From NCBI GenBank assembly GCA_022449785.1, contig JAKURQ010000005.1, positions 1-48,397 on the forward strand: 48,397 bases of DNA, given 5' to 3'. Under the pieces are notes generated by a model that worked only from the letters and a program-made list of their open reading frames with translations, did no database searches and was not told the origin of the DNA. Below are positions 9,258-16,441 of this stretch, one piece after another; position 1 is the first letter of the stretch; the number at the start of each line of letters is the position of its first letter. Both the position numbers and the translations under genes were made by a program. The stretch is from Candidatus Poseidoniia archaeon. GTDB lineage: Archaea > Thermoplasmatota > Poseidoniia > MGIII > CG-Epi1.

Positions 9258-11366
9258 CTAGCCTGAGATTTCGTACTTCGTATCGTAGTACGTGCTTATT
9301 CCTGGAATAGCAGCAATAAGACTACTATAGGAACCAAGATGTTCCTGTGCATTTGCTTCTACTAATCCTGGAGTTCCCAAGACATTTGCTAAAATGTTTC
9401 CACCACATGCATTTTCATTCGATTCAGAATCAACCTGATGTGTAATTATATTATAGCATCCAGTATAAGTTTCACCTTGCATTTCATAGTCTACAACATA
9501 CATTTCATTATTCAGTGCAAGAAGGGCATTCAGAATTGCAGTTCTAGTTTGAACATTTAAATTTTCAGGGTTATACATTACAGGGTGTGATGGAGCTTGC
9601 CCAAAGGCAGGTAGAGCTACATATTCATCCCGTGGTAAACACCAATCTTCATTAAGACTAGAATCTTCATTTCCACAATATCCATCCACAGTTGAATCTT
9701 TAGCAAATGCAACATCACCAACACCTTCAGACAAACATTTTACAGCTCCAGAATAGCCGTAGTATGTTGTTCCAGAGTCAGGTATGCTTGCATCTTCATT
9801 GAAGAAAGCGTGAATTGTATCTCTTAAAGATTCGATATCATCATCGTCTCCAACTACTTCTGCATATTCATTAGAAATCAAGTATCCCATAGGTAGCAAC
9901 ATTCCTGCAGATTTCAACCATCCAGTATGACATGAGGTCTTACCTTCAAGTAATGCAAATGGATCGGTACTGTCATCGTCATCTTGGTAAGCAGCAGCCA
10001 TCTCAGAATCTTTGTGAACCCATGCGTGTGCATTGTAGTAAGTTCTACCATCTGATTTTTTGTCAGCAGCCATTGTAGCTAAGCCATATTGCTTCCAACC
10101 AACCCATGCAGCTCCTCCATCCATAAATGCAATGTCTGCGTTACCGAATCTTAATGCTTCGATTATTGCACCTTCTGAAGTTACAGGATACAATGTTACT
10201 TCTACACCAGTTTCAGCTGCTATGAAATCTGCTAAAGCTTGTGGGTTTTCTTCAGGGCTTCCTGAGTAATCATCTTTTAGTTCAAAAGCAATTCTAATCT
10301 CTGAAATTGTTGGAGTTACAGTTTCATTTATTGAGAATTTATCGCTATAATAAGCATTGATTCCAGGAATGTCTCCTATTAATCCACCGTAAGATCCTAG
10401 ATGAGTAGCTGCGTCTGTTGTAACAATACCAGGAGTTCCTAGAACTGCGTCAAGAATGGCAGTTCCTTCATCGTTATCTTTCATTCCAACAAGAGCATCT
10501 TGAACTTTTGTTTTTGTGTCATCATTTACAAATTCAGGATTATACATTACAGGATGTGAAGGTGCTGAACCGTAAGAAGGAAGTAAGATGTAATCATCTT
10601 CTGGAAGACACCAGTCTTCATTATCAGCAGCATTTTCATTTCCACAATAACCTGGAACAGTTGAGTCTTTCGCAAAGGCCACATCTCCGACCCCTTCAGA
10701 AAGACACTTTACAGCACCAGAATAACCATAGTATGTTGTTCCAGAGTCAGGTATGCTTGCATCTTCATTGAAAAAGTTAGTTACAGTACTTCTTAATGAT
10801 TCAATGTCATTAGGATCGCCTACAACGTTTGCATATCCATTACCAATAAGGAAACCCATTGGCAACAACATTCCAGCAGATTTCAACCAACCAGTATGAC
10901 ATGAGGTCTTGCCTGCTAATAATGAGAAAGGATCTGTGGTATCATCATCATCTAAGTATGCTGTAGCCATTTCAGAATCTTTCAAAACAACGGCATGAGC
11001 ATCGTAGTATGTTCTGCCATCTGATTTTTGATCGGCAGCTAATGCATCAAGTCCATACTGTTGCCACCCAATCCATGCAGCAGCTCCATCCATGAATGCA
11101 ATATGAGCATTTCCAAATCTTAGTGCCTCAATTATTGCACCTTCGGATGTTATTGGATATAGTTCTACATCCATATCAAGTTCTTTGGCCAAATAATCAG
11201 CCATGACTTGTGGATTCTCATCAGGATTTTCATAATCTTCTTTTACTTCATATGCGATTATGAACTTCTCTTTTTGAGTTTCTTCATCATCACTATCCAA
11301 ACAACCAGTAAAACTGGTTAGTACGAATAGCATAGCGAGCCCAAATACAGCAGTTTTTTCCAACAT
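9258..11366 (-). CDS. Bilobal transferrin-like substrate-binding lipoprotein (type II PBP, PhnD/transferrin lineage); predicted Fe(III)-binding
   Basis: Signal peptide plus lipobox (LTSFTGC). Two homologous lobes each contain FMDG, TYY(D/N)AHA, KTSCHTGWLKSAGMLLPMG, YYGYSGAVKCLSEGVGDVAFAKDSTV and APSHPVMYNP. These match the transferrin blocks LDAG, [48 protein letters not shown] and PSHTVV. Confidence 0.8.
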   Translation of the reverse strand: MLEKTAVFGLAMLFVLTSFTGCLDSDDEETQKEKFIIAYEVKEDYENPDENPQVMADYLAKELDMDVELYPITSEGAIIEALRFGNAHIAFMDGAAAWIGWQQYGLDALAADQKSDGRTYYDAHAVVLKDSEMATAYLDDDDTTDPFSLLAGKTSCHTGWLKSAGMLLPMGFLIGNGYANVVGDPNDIESLRSTVTNFFNEDASIPDSGTTYYGYSGAVKCLSEGVGDVAFAKDSTVPGYCGNENAADNEDWCLPEDDYILLPSYGSAPSHPVMYNPEFVNDDTKTKVQDALVGMKDNDEGTAILDAVLGTPGIVTTDAATHLGSYGGLIGDIPGINAYYSDKFSINETVTPTISEIRIAFELKDDYSGSPEENPQALADFIAAETGVEVTLYPVTSEGAIIEALRFGNADIAFMDGGAAWVGWKQYGLATMAADKKSDGRTYYNAHAWVHKDSEMAAAYQDDDDSTDPFALLEGKTSCHTGWLKSAGMLLPMGYLISNEYAEVVGDDDDIESLRDTIHAFFNEDASIPDSGTTYYGYSGAVKCLSEGVGDVAFAKDSTVDGYCGNEDSSLNEDWCLPRDEYVALPAFGQAPSHPVMYNPENLNVQTRTAILNALLALNNEMYVVDYEMQGETYTGCYNIITHQVDSESNENACGGNILANVLGTPGLVEANAQEHLGSYSSLIAAIPGISTYYDTKYEISG
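9261..11270 (-). repeat. Intragenic tandem duplication: lobe 1 (aa ~33-345, nt 10332-11270) and lobe 2 (aa ~355-702, nt 9261-10304)
   Basis: Long collinear blocks of identical residues link the two halves at an offset of 323 codons. A 43-nt perfect DNA identity occurs at 9761-9803 and 10730-10772. Confidence 0.9.
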
Positions 11367-11377
11367 TTTTTTGGTTC

Positions 11378-11448
11378 CTAGGGTTTAGGCAACCCTAAAT
11401 TAGGTGAGCCTAAAAAATGATGCTATATATAGTTTAGGTTTACCTAAA
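11378..11448. promoter_or_regulatory. Three DtxR/IdeR-box-like palindromes in the divergent promoter region
   Basis: TAGGGTTTAGGCAACCCTAA (11379-11398), TTAGGTGAGCCTAA (11400-11413) and TTTAGGTTTACCTAAA (11433-11448). Compare the classical DtxR/IdeR operator TTAGGTTAG(C/G)CTAACCTAA. Confidence 0.55.
11424..11431 (+). promoter_or_regulatory. TATA-like box for the DtxR-family gene
   Basis: TATATATA is centred about 27-30 nt upstream of ATG 11458, which implies a leaderless or near-leaderless transcript. Palindrome 3 lies between the TATA box and the start. Confidence 0.4.
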
Positions 11449-11457
11449 TTTTTTATA

Positions 11458-12138
11458 ATGCCTTACCTCAGCCCAAGTATGGCTAGTATGGATGCTCTAT
11501 CTGAAAGCGCAGAAATGATGATAAAGAATATCAATGAATTAGCTTCTAATGGTGAAAGAGTCCGAACCTCGGACCTTTCTGCTAAAACTGAATTGAAACC
11601 TGCCAGTGTTACAGAAATGATTCAAAGACTTGGAGAAATTGGATTAGTAGATTATGAACCGTATCACGGTGTTCATCTTACAAAACAAGGTCAACATGTT
11701 GCCGATGTAATTGATCATAGATTCAATATACTTCAAAGATTTTTAACAGAGATATTAGGCGTTGAAGCTGAAGAGGCAGCTGAAGTTGCTTGTAGAATGG
11801 AACATATATTGACAAGAGATGTTGAGAACCGGCTTAGTGATTTTTTAGGAGTCAAAAAGGGTACTGACTCAGATTTATTTTGTCATCAAGTAAATGTAGA
11901 ACCAGAAAGCGAACCTGAATTTGTCCCATTGTCTAGTTTCAAAGAAGGTAAAACAGGCAAAGTTCGTATAGTTATGGAAAAGAGTGACTTAACTTCTACT
12001 TTAGAAAAAGCTGGTTTGGCTCCAGGCCGTACAATTATTGTGAAGAAGGCTAATGGTAAATCATATGACATTGAAACAGAGGATGGTACATTGTCTCTCG
12101 ACAGTGATTTAGCATCAAAAATAATAGTACAGAATTAA
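11458..12138 (+). CDS. DtxR/IdeR-family metal-dependent transcriptional repressor with a C-terminal FeoA (SH3-like) domain
   Basis: wHTH plus dimerisation region aligns to DtxR (SESAEMMIKNINEL..., ASVTEMIQRLGEIGLV, HRFNILQRFLTEILGV, VACRMEHILTRDVENRL). The Met/Cys/Glu/His primary-site residues are conserved. FeoA-like tail: GKTGKVRIV...AGLAPGRTIIV. The listed ORF starts at GTG 11404, inside the operator palindromes, so ATG 11458 is preferred. Confidence 0.88.
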   Translation: MPYLSPSMASMDALSESAEMMIKNINELASNGERVRTSDLSAKTELKPASVTEMIQRLGEIGLVDYEPYHGVHLTKQGQHVADVIDHRFNILQRFLTEILGVEAEEAAEVACRMEHILTRDVENRLSDFLGVKKGTDSDLFCHQVNVEPESEPEFVPLSSFKEGKTGKVRIVMEKSDLTSTLEKAGLAPGRTIIVKKANGKSYDIETEDGTLSLDSDLASKIIVQN

Positions 12139-12494
12139 TGGCTTCAAAAGGCGTTCTTTACATTATCATTAGTGGACCTGACAGTCATCAAAGAGCTATG
12201 GAAGGCCTTAGAATGGCCGAATATCAATCTGGTGACGGAACGCATGGTGTTGCACTAATGCTCCAAGGCGAAGGCGTTGAATGGCTAAGAGAAGGTGGAG
12301 AAGATTATAGAAAAGAGATCCAAACATCTATTGGAGTTGTCCATGAGCTTGGTGCACCAGTCTTTGTATGTGGTGCTTCTCTCAATGAAAGAGGGCTAAC
12401 TGCAACTATGAAGGATTATAAATTTACCAATTCATCAGCTCCTAAACGAATAAGTCAAGTTGTTAACAAAGGATGGCAACTAGCTGTTTTTTAG
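12138..12494 (+). CDS. DsrE/DsrF-like family protein
   Basis: 118 aa. GVLYIIISGPDSHQRAMEGLRMA ... VALMLQGEGVEWL ... VFVCGASLNERGL matches the DsrE-like fold pattern. The ATG overlaps the repressor stop (TAATG). Confidence 0.55.
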   Translation: MASKGVLYIIISGPDSHQRAMEGLRMAEYQSGDGTHGVALMLQGEGVEWLREGGEDYRKEIQTSIGVVHELGAPVFVCGASLNERGLTATMKDYKFTNSSAPKRISQVVNKGWQLAVF

Positions 12495-13955
12495 GTTCCA
12501 GAAAGAATTAAACAATTTTAGTTCGGATTCTCCCCATATGTCAAGTTTGTAAGTAGCATAAAGGAATATTAATCCATAAACAACAGAGCTTCCAATCAAA
12601 AGCAGAATGTCAGAAAGATTCAATGATAACAGAGCAATAACGGGAATTCCTGCGAGCAACGATATTACAATTATAGAGAAAATCTTTTTCCAGGGATAAA
12701 CCTCTGAAATTTTTAATTGTAATGTAGATATTGATTGGTAACTTATTAAAAACATTGAAAGCCATGTAACTGTAACAGTTGCAAATGGTATTCCAAACAA
12801 TCTATTTTCTCCTTCTAATGTTGTAATTAAGTAATAACTAAGGAATATGTTGATTGTTGACATTAAAATTGCCAATCTTAGTAAAAATTTTGTCTGCCCA
12901 CTTGCCATCAGAATCCATCCTATTCTAAATGGATAAGTTGGGAGAAGTATCATGTAAATAGTAAAAATAGGAACAGCATCTTCGAATTTTTCAGTGAACA
13001 TTGTCAGTATTAATGGTTCAGCAACTAGTATTAGAAAAATCGTTAAAGGGAAAAATAAAAAGACTAACTTTTCAACACTTTGATTATACAAATCTCTCAT
13101 TTCGGCTAAATTATTGTCTTTGTGTGCTTTGGATAAGCGAGGAGTAACGACTTGACCTGCAGATTGTACAATCCAACCAAATATAGGAGCCCATAAGGAT
13201 CCTAGATAATAAATACCAAAAATAGAAGTTGAGAAAAACATGGCAACCATGTATTTGTCTATATTTACATTTATCACTCCAATCATCGCAGTTAGGCCAA
13301 CTGGAATTCCATAAGCTAATTGTTCTTTGTAGTATGATTTCCCCGTATGTTTTTTGTTCAGATAGTTAAAATAAATATATCCTAAGACTACAATAGCCTT
13401 CAAAATTGCAGTAGCTATTATTCCATGTACCATTCCCAAAGTAGAGGGGTTAATCCATGCAGCAGAAGGCAAAACTATGATATCAATTAAAGTAAAACCA
13501 ATCATACATTGCATTGCCAATGATTCTTTACCCTCTACAACCAATAAGTTCTGAAGTGGCATCACCAAAAGCATAATTCCAGTGTATACGCCAATCAAAA
13601 ATATGAAAGGTTGAAGATGATGTTCAGGGAACATATAATTCATTAATTCCGAACCTCCCCAAGTTGCCATTACAACGAATATTGATGAAAAAGCAACTAT
13701 AGACCAAGTTTGCTTAACAAGCATCGAATGATTTTCTTTTTCACTTCTAGGATAGAAATAAAGTAATGATTGAGGTATTCCAAGCAGTAAAATGGCTTGT
13801 ATTATGGAGTAAATCATGACCAATTGTTGATATGAACCATAATCTTCTTTCAACAACAATCGAGTAAGTGCAATAGGAATGACTAAACTAATTAAGAAAG
13901 ACAAGGCTCTTCCATATATCAAAATTATAATTCTTCTAGATAGCTCCATGTTCAT
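12480..13955 (-). CDS. Oligosaccharide/polysaccharide flippase (MOP superfamily, Wzx/RfbX-like)
   Basis: 491 aa, about 12-14 TM. The N-terminus is typical of polysaccharide biosynthesis proteins (RALSFLISLVIPIALTRLLLKEDYGSYQQ). Confidence 0.8.
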   Translation of the reverse strand: MNMELSRRIIILIYGRALSFLISLVIPIALTRLLLKEDYGSYQQLVMIYSIIQAILLLGIPQSLLYFYPRSEKENHSMLVKQTWSIVAFSSIFVVMATWGGSELMNYMFPEHHLQPFIFLIGVYTGIMLLVMPLQNLLVVEGKESLAMQCMIGFTLIDIIVLPSAAWINPSTLGMVHGIIATAILKAIVVLGYIYFNYLNKKHTGKSYYKEQLAYGIPVGLTAMIGVINVNIDKYMVAMFFSTSIFGIYYLGSLWAPIFGWIVQSAGQVVTPRLSKAHKDNNLAEMRDLYNQSVEKLVFLFFPLTIFLILVAEPLILTMFTEKFEDAVPIFTIYMILLPTYPFRIGWILMASGQTKFLLRLAILMSTINIFLSYYLITTLEGENRLFGIPFATVTVTWLSMFLISYQSISTLQLKISEVYPWKKIFSIIVISLLAGIPVIALLSLNLSDILLLIGSSVVYGLIFLYATYKLDIWGESELKLFNSFWNLKNS

Positions 13956-14107
13956 TCCCTCCTAAAATTTGGTTTGCCTTGAATATCATCTTAACTCGTA
14001 TTATCAGCTGTTCTAGGTCAATAGGGTATTATACTTATTGTGCAGGAACACTTAAGTTTAACAGTTTCAAGTTACTATAGAGAGATTATTGATGGACGGT
14101 ATATTTT

Positions 14108-14827
14108 GTGAAGGATGACGCCAATATCACATTCAGCCACAATCTAGAGGCCGTTTCTTCCGATGATGGAATGCGGTTTCAACGTGAAAAATTTTGTCCA
14201 AGGATAGAAAAGGCCAAAGACTTTCTTGGAGTGCCTATAGCCGATGCTCGAATTCTTGACATTGGAATTGGTTATGGATCTTTTTTGAATATACTCGAAC
14301 AAGATTATGGGATACGGAATTTGTTTGGGATGGATCCTTTTCCTAAGTCTCTAGAAATATCCAGAAAAAATACTAATGCAGATTTACGCCAAGGTGATAT
14401 TGACGACAAAGACTGGCCCTTTTCGGAACCTTTTGATATGATTACCTGTTTTGATGTAGTCGAGCATCTAGAGAAACCAAGTGTTTTCTTCACTAGGTCG
14501 GCCAGATATCTCAAGCCCAATGGGTTGGTGCTTGTTACCACTCCCAATAAAATGCTACCTTACCATATGAGAAAGTTACCATTTATTGGAAAGCCTGATC
14601 TTAATCCCACTCACATTAATGTCCGAGTTCCTGAATACTGGAGAAGATTGGCTATAGGTGTAGGATATAAGATTCTTGATGAGTGGATGGGAGAACATTT
14701 AACCCATATCAACTTTGTTCCCTCTATTTTGAGTGCGGCACTCAACAAAATAGGTCTTGACCCAAGGAAAATTACTGGACTAAATCATTTCCAACAATCT
14801 TTTTGTCTATTGCTCAGAAAGATTTGA
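14108..14827 (+). CDS. Class I SAM-dependent methyltransferase
   Basis: Motif I ILDIGIGYGSFL and motif II/III FDMITCFDVVEHLEKP ... LKPNGLVLVTTPN. GTG start, with TATA-like CTATAGAG about 26 nt upstream. Confidence 0.8.
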   Translation: MKDDANITFSHNLEAVSSDDGMRFQREKFCPRIEKAKDFLGVPIADARILDIGIGYGSFLNILEQDYGIRNLFGMDPFPKSLEISRKNTNADLRQGDIDDKDWPFSEPFDMITCFDVVEHLEKPSVFFTRSARYLKPNGLVLVTTPNKMLPYHMRKLPFIGKPDLNPTHINVRVPEYWRRLAIGVGYKILDEWMGEHLTHINFVPSILSAALNKIGLDPRKITGLNHFQQSFCLLLRKI

Positions 14828-16001
14828 ATTGTTCATATAATCTAACCAATTTCTGACTTTCAACTTCCCAGCTATATTTTCCAGATGCGGCAGTCCGTCC
14901 GTTAGTCCCTAGACTCTTGCGAAGTTCAGCGTCTCCATATAATTCCTCTATTCTTGCTGCTAAGTCCTTGATGTTTCCTGATTCGAAGACTAAGCCTGCC
15001 CTCGTTTCTTTCACGATTCTTTCAAGAGGTTTACAATTGCTTACTATTACTGGTTTTCCTCCGAGCATGTACTGGAATAATTTGTGAGGTATTGTAGCGT
15101 CAGTATGAGCGTGCTTCTGGTGAGGAATTATCCCTATATCACACTCCATAATCGTGTTTGGAACTTCTTCTAGTGGTCGCCATGGAACTAAATCTATCTT
15201 GTTAGCTATCCCTAGGTCTTTTGCAATTTCTTGTAATTCCTTGGCGTAAGCTCCCTTAGCCCCTATAATTCTTAACAACAGGTTGCGGTGCTTTAACTCA
15301 ACTAATGCCTTTATGACTTCATCTAGGCCTCTATGAGGACGAACACCGCCAACATATACTATTCGAATTGTATCATCTTCGATTATGTTTGTCGTGGCAA
15401 GTGTATCGAACCATGTCTTTTCCTCTACATTCATAACAATAGTCATGTTTTCCGATTTGACGGTCTCTGATTCTTGAAGTCTATGTGCCGCTTCATCCAC
15501 TACTGTGATTACTTTGTTGGCAAGAGGGAGAATTCTCTTCTCATAGCGCTGCCACCTCCTGTAATCATCTCCAAACCATACCAGTGGATCACGAATAGTT
15601 TCACTCCATAGCTGTTTGGCCGCTGGATAATTCTCATGCATGTCCGCAACAACAGGTATGTTGAATTCTCGTGCTATTTCTATAGTTGTGCCAACTAATG
15701 GAAGATCGTGGACGTGGAGGATTTCTATGTTGTTTCTCTTTACAAAGCTTCTTATTCTATTATTCCAGAAACTACTTTTGAATGATGTTTGAAAACGAAG
15801 CCAATCTAAGCGTCTGCGAAATGAAGTAGGTGGTGCATATCTATCTGTAATTGCTCCTGAAATATTTTCCCTATTTGGTTCCGCATTCCTGCGTTCGGCA
15901 AGAACAAATAGATGGTGACCAGCTTCTATCAGAGACCTGATTTCTTTCTCGAGGCGTATATCTGGAGGATATGGCTTACACAGTATCATTCCGATATGCA
16001 T
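14814..16001 (-). CDS. Glycosyltransferase, GT-B fold (GT4-like)
   Basis: 395 aa. The N-terminal domain is MHIGMILCKPYPPDIRLEKE...HVHDLP. The C-terminal domain has GT1/GT4-type features (LLRIIGAKG ... CDIGIIPH ... KLFQYMLGGKPVIVSN). Confidence 0.85.
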   Translation of the reverse strand: MHIGMILCKPYPPDIRLEKEIRSLIEAGHHLFVLAERRNAEPNRENISGAITDRYAPPTSFRRRLDWLRFQTSFKSSFWNNRIRSFVKRNNIEILHVHDLPLVGTTIEIAREFNIPVVADMHENYPAAKQLWSETIRDPLVWFGDDYRRWQRYEKRILPLANKVITVVDEAAHRLQESETVKSENMTIVMNVEEKTWFDTLATTNIIEDDTIRIVYVGGVRPHRGLDEVIKALVELKHRNLLLRIIGAKGAYAKELQEIAKDLGIANKIDLVPWRPLEEVPNTIMECDIGIIPHQKHAHTDATIPHKLFQYMLGGKPVIVSNCKPLERIVKETRAGLVFESGNIKDLAARIEELYGDAELRKSLGTNGRTAASGKYSWEVESQKLVRLYEQFKSF

Positions 16002-16126
16002 TGGTCATGTGTGGTTCAGCTCAATTTAAGTATTCCTTATGTATCAAAAAGACTATATTCAGGCTTCTTCCTACATTAGAATATAGTTGCTCAAAGATTT
16101 TTGGGCAAGTTTATGAGGAAACAAAA

Positions 16127-16441
16127 ATGAGTACAATAAACGTAACAGATGCCGATTTTCAAGACACACTTCAAAATAATAATTTAGTCTTAGTTGATTT
16201 TTGGGCTCCCTGGTGTGGACCATGTCGAGCAGTTGCCCCTGTTTTAGAGGAAATAGCTAGTGAGAATTCAAACGTAGTTATAGCTAAAATGAATACAGAT
16301 GAAAATCCCAATACAGCATCACAACATGGAATTATGTCAATACCAACTATGATGATTTTCAAAAATGGAGAACTTGTTGATAGATTAGTAGGGGCATTAC
16401 CAAAACCAGCTATAATGGAAAAATTACAACCGCACTTTTAA
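16127..16441 (+). CDS. trxA: Thioredoxin
   Basis: MSTINVTDADFQ...VLVDFWAPWCGPCRAVAPVLEE has the WCGPC active site and is 104 aa from ATG 16127. GAGG lies about 9 nt upstream. The longer listed ORF from 15971 is a non-homologous extension that overlaps the divergent GT gene. Confidence 0.92.
   Translation: MSTINVTDADFQDTLQNNNLVLVDFWAPWCGPCRAVAPVLEEIASENSNVVIAKMNTDENPNTASQHGIMSIPTMMIFKNGELVDRLVGALPKPAIMEKLQPHF

Noticed and set aside
9258-11366. A plain phosphonate-binding protein (PhnD) call for the binding protein, and hence a phosphonate uptake operon.
   Set aside because: The fold family is shared, but the sequence blocks and the D/Y/Y/H ligand positions match transferrin. The adjacent regulator and operators are iron-type, and no phosphonate catabolism genes are present. 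The PhnC/PhnE labels are kept only as family descriptors.
15971-16126. A 52-codon N-terminal extension of the thioredoxin ORF.
   Set aside because: The extension has no thioredoxin homology and overlaps the 5' end and promoter of the divergent glycosyltransferase. ATG 16127 yields a canonical 104-aa thioredoxin with a GAGG upstream.
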